From Ginglymostoma cirratum (taxonomy: Eukaryota), in contig JAHRHZ010000268.1 of assembly GCA_024137785.1 (NCBI GenBank), positions 11,106,609 through 11,170,608 of the forward strand: a stretch of DNA of 64,000 nt. The letters run 5' to 3'. Numbering within the stretch: position 1 is the stretch's first letter; each line of letters begins with the position of its first letter. The notes beneath the pieces are model-generated. The model ran no database searches, was not told the origin of the DNA, and saw only the letters and a program-made list of their open reading frames with translations. A program made the position numbers and the translations under genes. Shown one piece after another: positions 12,534-25,439 of the stretch.

Positions 12534-12750
12534 GTCATCATAGTTTTATGAGACCATAGGGCTGCTGTCTCATTAGAGAGACACTGATGGTGATTTAACC
12601 TGAGGGCCACCAAACCTAATGTGAGGAGGGAGGTTGAGAAGGAGAGTCCTTTGTGGTAACCTCCAGGTGGTGATGGGAATTGAACCCATGCTGTTGGTGT
12701 CATACTGCTTTGCAAACCAACTGTCCAGCCAACAGAGCTAAACTGACCAC
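12534..12750 (-). mobile_element. tRNA-derived SINE (separate family)
   Basis: Reverse complement: ggtcagtttagctctgttggctgg (A box)...gggttcaattccc (B box), followed by a ~140 bp body. Confidence 0.75.
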
Positions 12751-13689
12751 CCTGTCCTCCACCCAGCCTCAACCAATTTGAGCATCTTTGCAAACTAAAA
12801 TAAAGTGGGTTGGATGTGGAAATTTAGATGTGAAACTAACTGGACACATGGATTCAGTAATGACTTTTGGCTGTGATCCATCTTTTCATATCTATCTCCT
12901 GAAAATGTTTTAAAAATGTGTTTTGATTGAAGTGGAAAAAGTGACTTCATTTTTGCAGTGTAGTGGTAGATGTTGTCTTTCGACTTATCCAATACTTATA
13001 AATATAATTAAACCACAATAAAATGTTTGTTTCATGTTTCCTTATTTAACAATGGAGATTGATGCTCAATCAATCCTGTGGTTTCAATTTAATAAAGTCA
13101 GAGCTATGATTGACTGACTTATTTTTGGAATTTTCCACTTCCAGTGTGTACATTTTTAAGAAGTTCTGTATTCAGTGACTGGGAAAGGTAGTTCGACAAT
13201 TTGAAATATTCAAAGGTTTTAGCTTCTTGAACTTAATGGTCACAAGCTGGTTCTCTTCAATTCAACTTCAGTGAAATTGGAGGAAAAACTTGATTTTCTT
13301 AAAACGAATCCCAATGATGGGATTGAAACCTGGTTGTCAATGCTTAAATCGTCAGAACTACAATCAGTTTAAGACAAGGGATTATGTTACTGAACTAATA
13401 CTCCAGAAGTCTGTCTGATTGTTGCCGCGACACCAAACAGGGAAATAACATATTGGGGTTAAAGAAAAGAAGGCTAGAGGTGAATTGATACAAGTAATCA
13501 AACTCTTGAGGGATCTATACAGAGATGATAGAAAAGAGTGATTGACAAAAGAATCAAAGGTGGCATGAGGGAAAACCTTATGAAGCAAGTTCATTTTTAG
13601 CTGAAGTACACTTTCTGTAGCAAATGTACTTTTTTTGTTTAGCAAATGTAAGTTCATGAAGTCAAGCTATAGCCTCCCATTTACCAATT

Positions 13690-13900
13690 TTAAGGTGATG
13701 ACTTTGCCACTTAGTCTGTAGGGGAGATGCTCCTCACTAATATGTGGGTCAGAGAAAATGATATAGGGAGATTCAGTTGTGGTTTTCAGAAGGAAACTGT
13801 ATAGGCACCTGAAGAGAGTGTGCAGGGCCACAGGGAGGGGACAAAGATTTGATGGGCTGATTGGCTTACTTTATATGCTATAGCCATCCCATAATCTGTG
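13690..13900 (+). mobile_element. CR1 3' UTR fragment, old
   Basis: agaaggaaactgtataggcacctgaag...gatgggctgattggcttact resembles a CR1 3' end. Confidence 0.5.
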
Positions 13901-14999
13901 TAACATCATTTCCATGAAATTGGTTCTGTGCCTCCATTATTTCTGTTTGTATTCCCTTTTAAACATAACAAACCTACTATTTGCAGTTTATGTTTGGTCT
14001 GTTTGTAGAACCTCTTGTTTTATGCAGCTCAGTTCTCGTGGTTTATTCTTGAAATCAGCAGGCCAGTGTAATTGAGAATTATATTGTAAGGCTTGTTCAT
14101 GTCAGTGAGGTCTGATTTAAATTTCTAATTTGGATCATTGCAGGTGTTTAGTATGTGTTTTGCAGATTTTAAAGCAAATAATTGATACTTATAAGTGATT
14201 AGAAGGCAATGATCTAATCCTTTGTTAAAGATTTTGTGAACTTTGAGCAGACGATAGATCATATTGGTCCTTTTGATTAGATCACTGGCCTAAAGGATTA
14301 TCTTCAAATATGCCATATAGCTTTAAAAGATTTTTGTTCAGTTTTGGAACTTTTTTTTGTGAATTGAGGCACATATTGGTACTAAACATATACAGTGCAT
14401 TTCAAAAGAATTTGCACCTGATGTAAGTAGAGTAAATGAAAGATGCTCAAGACAGTGGTTATAGCTTGAGAAATGAGTAGACATTGCATTTGAACCACTT
14501 TCAATTTGGCAACTGTTTAGTTTCCATGATTCACAAGGCAACTGATTTCATTTCTTGACAAAATCTGGATTTCCTTTCCTGTTAGCAGATGGGAGCACTT
14601 TGTTGGCAATGTGGATGATTAAATTTTTTCAAGCAGACTGTTAATACTTGCATCTGTTTCTTTTGCGCTAAGGATGTAAAATAGCATGCTTACTGCTTGC
14701 TGCTCATCTCCATCCTCCTTTATTGGAAGAAATATTTTGTTATTATCTTGAATTTATAAAACTAAAAAACCTCATTGATCCACTAGTCAGATGGAATAGC
14801 CAGTGATGGACTATTCATTAGCTGGTATTTCCTCATTCGCACTTTGTCTTTTCAATAGCGACAGGCAAGCATTGATTCTGATTCCTTTTGAGTGGGCTGT
14901 TTGTTATAGCTCTCTCAACTCCGAATCGGTCCGTTGCATTGTTAGTAGAGATGATAGTCTAAATATGTGAGGCCATTTTTTAAAGTTTTCAATAATAGT

Positions 15000-16700
15000 A
15001 TCAGATAACCAAATTTCCACGATTGCTCCATTTTATATAGATTCTTTATCTTCCTCTCTAATTCTATGGGCCTGAGATCTTGTGACAACAGAGTCAGGAT
15101 ACAATCTGGAATGTTCCTCCAGTAGCATTCCAATTTCTTTCATTTCTACAGGCCATCCCAACACCCTGTGGAGGCCAATATTTTTGAACCAATATTTTTT
15201 GTCCTGGATAAAATCCTGTTAAAAGGACTGATTTTATTGCACTATTTCAATTACAACTTCTCCACTTACAAAGTTGCTCTTTTTAATCCTTGTATACCTC
15301 CAAATATAAATCTTTTTCCTTCAGTAGCCCGCCTGGAAGGCTAATAGTGTCAACAGCCAGCTTCAGTTCCTGACTTGCTCCAGTGTGTCTTGATATCTTT
15401 ATTAGTTTGCCTGCCTGTTTAGAAGGATAGGGGATTGCGTCTCCTCCCATAAACAAGATCTGGAAACCTTTGCATGAGAGGTTTACTTAACTGTTTTAGA
15501 GGAATAGGAGAATACTCATTTCTTAGAGAGAAAATATTAAAAACCCACATTAGCCTCACTCTTTGGCAATAGTCGAGGAAGAATGCTCTTGACTATTTTC
15601 AGCTTACTGCCCATTCCTAGTAGATTCTGAAGAAATATGCTTCACTCCATATCTTTAGTTACCGCTTTAATACATATTTTCTTTTTGGTACTTTTTTGAG
15701 TGTTTGTAGGCACTTTTACTGCTGCATAGGTTTCCCTTTAATTTTGAGCACAGCTTTGTCATGTCTAGTCTTATTTTAATGAATGCATATTATTTTCTTT
15801 ACAGATTTATAAATAATAAAGCCTTTCTCCTTTATTATTTTGATATCCTTCTGTTTTCTATCCCTGAAACTAATACCATTCTTTCTTTCTCTGATTTTTC
15901 TTTTTGGTTGATTGTAATGTGGCATTTATCTAAATGTAACTGTCTGTGCAAGATATCGTAGGTATCTGCCAGAACTGCCCACTTCTTGGATCTTTGATAC
16001 TTGACACTCCTCATCTAAATATATCTTTAAAGGTTATTGGAGTTCTTCCATATCATGATTTCCCTCATGTTCTCAAAATGTTTCTCTAACTTTAGCAGTC
16101 AAAACCACTGGTCCTACAGTACTTGGTTTTCTTTTGCAAATTCTGCAAATGTCTGTTTTAGGTTTCTTTCTTCCAGCCCAAAACTTTAATTGATAACCTA
16201 AACGGAGAAACTCATAAGCATTGAGTATTGCCCTGTTAACCACTTCATAGATTGCTCTTCTGAACATCTGGAGCACACTTTCATCAACGTACTTATTAAG
16301 GCACACTGTCACATTAAGGTCCAAGCACATTTTGGCCACTTCAGCTACCTTGTGCCACTTAAAGTTGATTTTTCAACTGAGGTAAAGTATCTTTCGTGTA
16401 TGTTCTCTGTGAATTTTTGGTGCTAAACAAAAATATTTCAATTTAATTGTATTCCTCAGAATCACTATTGTCTCTTCTTTATTCCTTTACTCTAGATTTC
16501 TCTTTGGTCAAGCCATGTTGTCTGAGCTCTTTCTGTCTCACTGAAGTTCACGTTTTTGTGTTTGCATTTGTCTTTCTTACTCCTCTCTTGCTAATTCAAG
16601 CTTTTTTATTTCAATTTATCTTACCTTTTGCCTCCAGGTCAAGCTTTTATTTCCTCATTTGCAGCTGAATCTTTGCTGATTCTCACAATGATACATCAAT
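15000..16700 (-). mobile_element. Decayed Gmr1-type Ty3/Gypsy LTR retrotransposon internal region (SCAN-like gag, zinc knuckle, protease)
   Basis: Ordered remnants on minus: YFTSVEK...LKWPK (~16400-16330), YEVVNRAILNAYE (~16250-16210), CIH*NKTRH decayed CCHC (~15790-15750), KISRHTGASQ decayed D-T-G protease (~15400-15368), PDSVVTRSQA (15098-15069). Many stops and frameshifts. Confidence 0.75.
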
Positions 16701-17530
16701 TTTCCTTTTACTTCTATATTCTATGCAATCACTTGATCTTTGAAAGATCCTGCTGTCATCTCTACTTTCATTTAACCACTACATCTCTCTTTTTAGTCTA
16801 GTCAAAAGATTTTAAATATGTTACATCTCCTAATCCCAGAGAACTCTTTAACAGTCAAAGCCATTTAACATTCCATCCCATGTAATATAATTTGAACACA
16901 AATCCAGTACCTCAGCCCAATACCTCTACCATTCTGTGAAGGATTCTGATATCCCTCTTAAATTTTAAGGACTTTCAATTCTGGAAGATGCCCCATTTCA
17001 TTATGATCCCAGCTGCTGGTAACAAGGGACACATCAAAGCCTAGAATGAGACCTGGTTTGATAAAGCCACCATGGCTTAAAATAAAAATTACTGAACATT
17101 TTCACAAGTGTACTTTTAATCTGGAATAAAATCTTTATTAGAAAATGAAGACCTGGACAAGTTGGAAGGGTTTCAGTACATGCATCAGCAAAAGGGTTCA
17201 AACTCAAACTATTGCTTTTAGCTCAGCACTACCTCACAAACACCAACTCCCAGTGTAGGTTCACCATATTCTTTACACTAAGGCTTCTTGTTTGGGCTGG
17301 CACAGTTGCAACCAGTTTGCTTCAGGCAAATGTCCTGCTTTTCTTCAGCTGAGGCACCTAAATCAAACTCCAAAATGAACTCAATATTACTTAATAGGAA
17401 GCACATGAATTCCAGAATTCGGGTTTTATTAGTGTTGTAGGATTTCTTACTAGAGAGATCCTTCTACTTCCACTCTTTGACATATTCATACACTCACTGA
17501 TTTCTGGATTTTCCTGTCTCTTTTACTGTT

Positions 17531-17543
17531 GTTGCTAGGCAAC
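17531..17543. promoter_or_regulatory. RFX X-box-like palindrome
   Basis: GTTGCTAGGCAAC; motif match only. Confidence 0.25.
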
Positions 17544-17752
17544 AGCACAGTTTAATTTCTGTTTTGTTTTAGTGCACTAAACCACTGACTGTCCCACCCA
17601 TTTTTCACTTCAAGGGTTGTAGACTTCATTAAAAATGTATGTATATAAACTGACTTCCAGCCCACAAAGATAGCCGTTAAAAATGAAACTAAAACTAGGT
17701 CTCCCTCTTAACGTAAAAAGTTCTACCTTTTTCCTCATCTTATTGTAGTGAT

Positions 17753-17972
17753 TGTAATGAGGTCAGCCAGGTGGACCTCATAGAATACAGGTTCACTGAT
17801 TTAGGGGTGTTAATTTGGTCCAATCAGGGAGTCCTGGCTGACATAAAAGGACATATGTCAGGGATATTGAGGCCCTGGAATGTCTGACTCAGTGAGAGGC
17901 TATTGTCAAAGACTAGACATTTGTAAATAGAGTGATTGGCGATACAGTGCTGGCCACTGAAGAGTTATTTCA
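17753..17972 (+). mobile_element. Solo LTR (Gypsy-type), 220 bp
   Basis: TG...CA termini (tgtaatga...ttatttca), internal CCAAT, TATA-like cataaaa and decayed poly(A) signal in LTR order. No clean TSD seen. Confidence 0.7.
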
Positions 17973-18929
17973 CCTACCAGTGTTAAATCTGATTTAATTT
18001 GGCCTTTGTCATCCCCTTGTGAATTGAGATGTATCTTTGAGTTGCACCTAGGCAGAATTGACTCTTTCCACTCCTTTTTGTTTCTCTTACTGCATCCTGT
18101 TACGCCCTTTCCAAAAAAACATGATGGAACATATAAAAGCTTACAATGACGGTCCTGTCATTAGTATGCAAAGGTACTTCTTTCCATTCTGCCATTGTTT
18201 TATTTGATTGCCAGTTTTTGTACTATTTGTATACATTTGTCTCTGCCCGTGGTTTATCCTGTCTCTCTTTGCCTTTCCTGTGTGGGTGATCTCTCTCCTG
18301 CTGTCTTAGAAAAAGTGACTCTAATTTATTGCCTGTTTACCTGTTTGATAAATCGTTAGATGTGCTGCACAAAGAAGAGTTGAAAGTAAAGATGGAAAGG
18401 CATTAATGTTTAAAAAAAAGCACATGCAACACACATTGTGCTGTAACAGTCAATTCTGTTCATTGCAAAGAAGTTCAAAGAATACGATAGGAAGAACTGA
18501 AATCAGAATTTAATCCACACAACTTGAGATTGATCCAAGACTTTATGAAGTAATGCATGCTTGAATGTACGTTTTCCTTTCTGCCAAAAGTGCTCTTTAG
18601 CAGTAAGTCTGCTCCAAAACAGTAAATTCTATGTTAAAAACAGATGGTATTTTATTAAGAGCAGTAAAGATTAATGGGCTTCAATTTTTCTATTAATTCC
18701 TAATTTGTCCAGGTTTGCATGTTTATTAAAATGATAAATGCAAGTAAAATGACCTATGTTCCAACTAGCTGGCAAGCTTTTCAAGATTTGCCTTTAAATC
18801 AGAGGTATATTCATTGTGTTGATGTATTTTAATAAATACTGTAATTGTTTTACGAATGTGCCCTTTCCCTGACTTTTGGCAGCATTTTAGTTTATTCTGC
18901 AGCTTAGCTTTTTTTTCGTGAGCTCCTCG

Positions 18930-19432
18930 TAGCTAAACCTGCATCAAGATCATTTAATGAACACTGGAGAAAGCTTTTATTGGCTGTTCATTTAAACAAT
19001 GTGTCTCAAAACTAGTCAAGGGGATTTTAATCAAACTTGGTACACAAGGTATGGCCCAAAAAAGAGCTAATTCGGTTTTAGCAAAAATGAGGAACTGAAT
19101 CCTGGATTTTTAAAAAGTATTTATTAAATTTGTTTACTTTTTCTTATGAAAGTTGTGGGAGTTTTTTTAAGAATGTTGTAGACTGTCTCAGCTGCTGTCA
19201 AGCAATTTGCACTACTCTCAAAATGGGAACAGTTTTTAGATCAAGTTGAAGACTTGTCAGTCAGATGGTAGCTCTTTATAAAAGTGTGTATTTATTTCAG
19301 CTTTGCAGTTATAGACCATCCTTTAGCTTGGGGGAAGCTTCCAGGACGAGCTGCATGATTGTAATAATGTTCAGTTAATACAGAGTTAATACAGCGTGGC
19401 AGAGGTATACACACTATTTAATGGCCCTTCAC
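18930..19432 (+). mobile_element. Possible Helentron-associated non-autonomous element (HINE-like), old
   Basis: ctcaaaactag...ggattttaatcaaacttggtacac...atggcccaaaaaagagc...gaatcctggattttt and the 3' end gtggcagaggtatacac...gcccttc resemble fish HINE-type repeats. 5' sub-terminal repeat is poor. Confidence 0.4.
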
Positions 19433-19503
19433 TTCACTTGTTTCTACTTGCGTCCCACGGATATGTAGATTGACCTGTTAAACGATGCAATTACAATAAC
19501 AAA

Positions 19504-19892
19504 GGGTGGAATCTTCCCAGCCCCAGAATGAACTGGATAATGGTGAGAACATCGGGGAAAATGTTGGGAGAACATTGGGAGAATGAAATGGCCAGCAAAG
19601 AACCTCCGAGAGGGAAACGTCCCATTTTGCAGTCGTGTTGAACAGCGAGATAAGATTCTCGCTAGTGAGCAGCAAGAGATGTTTTTGCATGTATTGGCAT
19701 TGTCATTGCACTGTCATCTCATCTCATTGATGCGCAGTTCCCCGTTCTCTCACTCACTGGCTAGAAACTAGATGACAATTAATGAGGTGAGTTTGTGAAG
19801 ATAGCATGAGTGACTCACTAGACGCATGGAGAAAAACCCTCCGTGCAACTTGCTATGTTTGATACTTGGCCGATTTTTGGTAAAGTTCAGCC
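19504..19892. mobile_element. Possible MITE-like DNA transposon remnant
   Basis: CpG-richer island with imperfect inverted ends (ggtggaatcttccc ... ggtaaagttcagcc). Confidence 0.3.
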
Positions 19893-21419
19893 GAAAATCT
19901 TTCTTTGCTTATCTGCATGCTGTCTCCAAGAGGAATGAAGTTGGAAATTTACTCTTTCATTATATTAGTTTGTTTTTAACAAATGTCAGAACTCACTGTT
20001 GCTAATCACTGTCTCGATCTGTGTTGCTAAAGTTAAAATCCCTGCTGATTGCAAATTGTACTTGTTGCTAAAATAGTTGCTCACCCCTGTTATGGTAGCT
20101 CTGACCATGTAAGGGCTCACTTAAACTACAGTCTAGCATCACTGTGATGTAATGTAGGTTTCTGAAATGATAGGTTATTCTGGAGTCTAGGCTGACAAAG
20201 ATCTGATAAACAGTGCAGAATCGCCTCCTTGTCGCCAATAACATTGCGTGGTGTGAAACCATCTTTGTAAAGTTGACCTATGAAGAGACAATTTACGGGC
20301 AACTTAACTGTCTAAATTAGAAAGTTATATGTTGTCCCTTTTTAAGTCTTAACCTCGGAGAGACAACATCTAATCATATATAATATATGTGTAAGTATGT
20401 GTGCAGTTCTCTTTCCTGAGCAGGAAAAATTCACTTGGAGTTCAGTAAAAGCAGAAGACTGGAACAAAAACAAAAAACACTTATGTTCTGGGGAAGGTTC
20501 CATTCACAACATCGTGTCTTTGTGAATCTGAAGCGACTGTGAAAATAATCAGCTGCAGCGATTTGCTTTTTCTTCCACATAAGCAGGATGCCATCTGGGC
20601 TGCAAGCCCATCAGAAGCCATCTTTGATAATACACAGTCTAAATGCATCAAGGTTGGCAGGAAATTGTCAGAAAGATGAAATGTGAAATCACTGGTTCAG
20701 ATATTCCTTTGTGGGCCAAACATGCATGCGGGAAATTGATATTTGTATTGTAGCAAAAATGATGTTTAAAATCTGTGGCTTGCTTTGAAAAGGTTACTTT
20801 ATTCCATGATTTTGTGACACACCAACAGTAACAGGGGTAAGTCAGGTATCTTCTGTTTTCCAAAGGCTTTTACAAACATTTACAGGCTATCATTAGATTT
20901 TACTTCAGCTTCAGAATAGTGAAATACCACGTTATTCATAGGTTGAAATCTGTTGTGTTAACACAATAGAACTCAGTGGCAGATATTGATGCTTTTAGTG
21001 AATGTTGTCTGTTTGATTTTTTTTATATATATCTGCACCCTCTCCAAATGGTTAGTGGTTGCAAATCTTTACTTCTCTATGTAGCAATATGACAGAAATT
21101 CAAGACTTTGTAAGATTGCAGGATTATATGCTTAGTGCAAAATGGTACTGTTGTAAGAAATACAGTTTGCATTTTTAATAAGATTATATTAATTTTCTGA
21201 ATGATCAAAGATATGGGAGCTAAGTAATTAGTAAATGTTAAACAAAAGTCTAGGAACAGTATGTATCTAGATACGATATTGTGGTTGTAGATTTGGTTTG
21301 AATCCGAATCCAGGATTTGAGCAGAAAAATAAGATCTGGCAATACTGCTGAAGTATTGATCTATCAAAGGTGTAGACTTGTGTGAGACACTCAGCTAAGG
21401 ACCTGTATTTCATCGAGGG

Positions 21420-21505
21420 TATGAAAGATCCCATGGCACTATTTTGAAGAGCATCAATTAAGTTCTCCCTGGAGTTTTAGCCAATATTTATCTTTTAATT
21501 CATGT
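21420..21505 (+). mobile_element. DeuSINE core fragment
   Basis: aaagatcccatggcactattttgaagagca...gttctccctgg...gccaatatttatc. Confidence 0.7.
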
Positions 21506-23096
21506 CATTGTGTCAATATGGTTTAGAGAGGAAGGAAAGAATTTCAAAGGCAAATAGGGGACAACACTTAAAACAGTTGAAGTTCACAAGGAAAGCCTGC
21601 ATTTCTATTGTTAGGACGTTGATAGAAACCTCAACCATAACCTATTGTTGTTTAAACTGCTTCAGGGGTAAATGAGCCATTTAGCTCAAATCTATGCAGA
21701 TCATTTTCTGTATGAGCAAGCTCATCTAATCTGACTGGATTGTATGTTTTTCATATCCTTCAAAGTTATCCTGTTTCAAATAAATATATAATTCATTTAA
21801 AACCAGTTAGGGATCTTGCTTTAGCATCTTGTGGTAGAGAATTCCACATTATAATTCCACCTTTTGTGGAAAGAAGATTTTCTCAACTAGGTCTTCAATT
21901 ATTCTGTGATAATCTTAGTACTGTCTTGCTGACGAGTGAAAATAAGCTATCAATGTTTACCTTGCCAGAAACTTTCATGCTGAAAACCTGTATAATTTCC
22001 ACCATTTAACCTTTTGTAGTCCAGTGACAAAGGGGGGAAGACAATAGGATAATTTCTTTCTTTTAAGCCACCATCCTTCACTGACGATATGCATTTTCTT
22101 GGAGTGTTTTAATTGCTTGAGTCTTTGATTTCAATGGACATGCACAAAGCCAGGATTTCTTGTAAGTTTAAATCAAAGGAAAGGTTAAATATTTATTTCC
22201 ATAATATGAAAAATATAAATTCAGTGTTACCCATACATGCAGACACATGCATACATTTGCACAGGAAGATGATTCCTATCGATGTAATGTGCAGTTAGAT
22301 TGCTCGTCAGAGAAAACAGCAACCAGTCTTTACACAGTCCTCTAGAAGGTGGCTGAAAACATTGCAGGCCTGAAGAATTCTCTCTTGCTTCCCCAAAGAC
22401 AAATAAGTGTTGTCCATTTTTGGCTTCTCAATTGGAAATTATGGTCGTGCCTCTGTAGTAAAGAAATGTAATATTTGTAGGTAAAACAAATTAGCACCTC
22501 TTCACTTGAGAAGACTTCCCTTTCCTTTCAGGACAGGTTTTTTTTCCCTTTTCTTTCCTGCCCCTGGTGAGATCCCTCCCTCTGAATTGCTGGTCCCCGG
22601 AGTGTTGCTGAGCTGCACTTGTGGACTAATAAGGTATCAGCTTCTTCTCTCACTGGTTTCAGCCATGTGATGATGGTATTTATGTATTTTAAGTGAGGCA
22701 TGAATGGCTATGTAGCAGCTGTCTGAACACAAGATGAAGAGATAAAGAAAGAAAGAAAGCTGATAATTTTTTTTTAAAAAATCACACCAAACAGCATGGA
22801 GGCAGACATTGTGATCCTACATTGAACTCTATTGAGTCTTGAAGGCTGGAGAGTTGAAAACTCCTCGACCATGCTTTGATCTGCATTGCAGCAACTTGGA
22901 AGGTGATGGACAGAACAGTCAGATTGGGTACAAAGTGGATAATTAATGGAATCTCAGAGTTGAGCTTGCAGATTGAATGGAAGTGTTCCACAAAACTGTC
23001 ACCCAATCTACGCTTGCTGTCCTCAGTATAGAGGAGAGAACGTTGTGAACTGCAAATATGGACAGGGAGATAGGAGAAGATGAAAGAACAGGCTTT

Positions 23097-24480
23097 GCTG
23101 GTATAGGAGTTGGGACATCATGTTGAGGACAGAACATTGGTGTGGCCTTTTTTTTTATTCATTTGTGAGATGTGGATGTCATTGGGCTGGCCAGCATTTA
23201 TTGTCAGTCCCTAGTTGCCCTTGAGAAGGTGGTGGTGAGCTGCCTTCATGAACCGCAGTAGTATGACTGCTGTGCATTGACTCAAAATGCCATTAGGGAG
23301 GGAATTCCAGGACTTCGACCCAGCGACATGAAGGAATGGCAATGTATTTCTAAGTCAGGATGGTGAATGGCTTGGGGGGGAATGTGAAGGTGTTGGTGTT
23401 CCCATATATCTGCTGGCGTTGTCCTTCTAGATGGAAGTGGTTGTGGGTTTGGATGGTGCTCTCTAAGGAGCCTTGGTGAATTTCTGCTGTGCGTCTTGTA
23501 GATAGTACACACTGCTACTACTGAGCGTCGGTGGTGGAGGGAGCGGATGCTTGTGGATGTACTGCCAGTTAAGCAGATTGCTTTGCCCTGAATGATGTCA
23601 AGCTTCTTGAGTGTTGTCGGGGCTGCACTCATCCATCCACTCCTGACTTGCGCCTTGTAGATGGTGGGCAGGCTTTGAGGACTCAGGAAGTGAGTTACCG
23701 TCGCAGTATTCCTAGCTTCTGGCCTGCTCTTGTAGACACTGTGTTAATGTGATGAGTCCAGTTGAGTTTCTGGTCAATGATAACTACCAGGTGATTGATT
23801 GTGGGAGATTCAGTCATGGTAACACTGTCAAATGTTAAGGGGTAATGGTTAGATTGTCTCTTATTGGTAATGGTCATAGCCTGGCATTTGTGTAGCGCGA
23901 ATGTCACTTGCCACTTGTCAGTCAAAGCCTGCACATTGTTCAGAACTTATTGCATTCGAACACAGACTGCTTCAGTATCTGAGGAATTGCGAATGGTGCT
24001 GAACATTGTGCAATCATCAACGAACATCCCCACTTCTGTCCATATGATGGAGGGAACGTCATTGATGAAGGAGCTGAAGGTGGTTGGGCCGCAGAAACTA
24101 CCATGAGGATCTCCTGCAGAGATGTCCTGGAGCTGAGATGATTGACCTCCAACAACCACGACCATCTTCTTGTGTGTCAGATATGACTCCAACCACCAGA
24201 GAGTTTGTCCCCTGATACCCATTGATTCCAGTTTTTACTCTTCTGGAGTACTATGTGTAGTCCTGTGCATCTTATGCACCCTATATAGGAAGGATATTAT
24301 TAAACTGGAGAAGGTTCAATTACAATGTTTAAAAGACTTTTGGATAAGTTCATGAATAGGAAAGATTTGGAGGGATCTGGGCCAAGTGCAGGCAGGCGGG
24401 AGTAGTTTAGCTTGGGAAACATAGTCAGCGTGTGCGGGTTGGACTGATGTGTCTGTTTCCATTGCTGTATGACTCTGTGC
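23097..24480 (+). mobile_element. HER1/CR1 LINE 3' fragment split by a second LINE (pieces 23097-23147 and 24240-24480)
   Basis: tataggagttgggacatcatgttg...acattggtgtggcc joins cttctggagtac. Tail ggttggactg...tctgtttcc...ctgtatgactct matches 44060-44107. Confidence 0.8.
23148..24239 (-). mobile_element. CR1-group (Zenon-like) LINE, 5'-truncated 1.1 kb with RT C-terminus and A-rich tail
   Basis: ORFs 23947..24222 (WLESYL...GQSSQLQDISAG...FINDVPS...MFVDDCT), 23695..23934 (DKWQVTF...IDQKLNW) and 23282..23632 (SLHHRRSV); tail atgaataaaaaaaaa. Confidence 0.9.
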
Positions 24481-25439
24481 AGCTCCTGAACGTACACAGA
24501 AAATCCTTGTTAGGGCTTGTTGGGGGTAACTGAGGTGTGGACCAGGATGTCACAGAGAGAATAATCCATGTAGAAAGCTGGAAGAATAAGATAGAGAAGA
24601 TCTGTGTGGTCATGGTAGAAGTGATGGAAATAGCAGTGGATGATCTATTTAAATACAGAGGCTTGTGGGGAATAAGGTGAGGATGAGGCCTGTCAGGATT
24701 CAGAAAGGGGTGTTGGAAGAGTGAGAATAGACATGCCTGAAATCGATATGAAGTGCTAGGGGGCCTTCTTGACCAAAAAGGAAAAAGGAAGATGTATCAC
24801 AAGCTGGTATGGAAGGCTGCCTCATCAGAACAGATGGGGGTGGTGGTGGAAGGGGAGGTCAGTGGCTTGCAGTAATAACCTATCACCAGAAATAGAGACT
24901 GAGAAGCTGAGGGAAGGGAAAAGTCTTAAATGGGCCAGGAGAAGATGGAAAAAGGATGGAATTTGGAAACAAAGCCCATGAAATTTCTCAACGTATGGTG
25001 AAAGCAGGAGGGGCATTGAGAAAATCATAAATGGACTGGAGAAATAGAAGAGGGAGGGGCTGCGAGTGGGTCCTGAATAATAAGTATTCCACACCTGTCA
25101 TGAGAAAGAAGACTTAACTAAGACCCATCTTGGTATCCAGATAAACACCTTTTCCATTTAAATGAAGTGAGTGGAGATGAATGAGTTGTTATTCAGAGTG
25201 AGAACAAGCTCAATCAATCGGAAGAGGATGCTGTTTGCGCCTTTGTTTAAGGCAGAATTGGAGAGCTTGGAGACTCTGTCCTGATGCAGAATGGAAGTGT
25301 GGAACGGAGACCTAATTGGTAATTCCACTAGCAGATACAAAAGGGAGACTCTTTACCATTTTGGGCAGCTAGCCTTAATAACTTTGCTTTTGTATGCTTC
25401 TGTGCTTGTAAAATCATCCCCTTTTCTAAGTTGCAGTTC

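Larger units (their letters stand above)
22780..25270 (-). mobile_element. Old Penelope-like element, split by nested insertions (pieces ~22780-23075 and ~24485-25270)
   Basis: Minus ORF 22782..23006 begins GDSFVEHFHSI (cf. GDRFAEHLRSV at 110-160). 24850-25130 resembles the RT part of the young PLE (ggtgatag, gtggaatacttatt, aagatgggtcttag). Confidence 0.7.
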
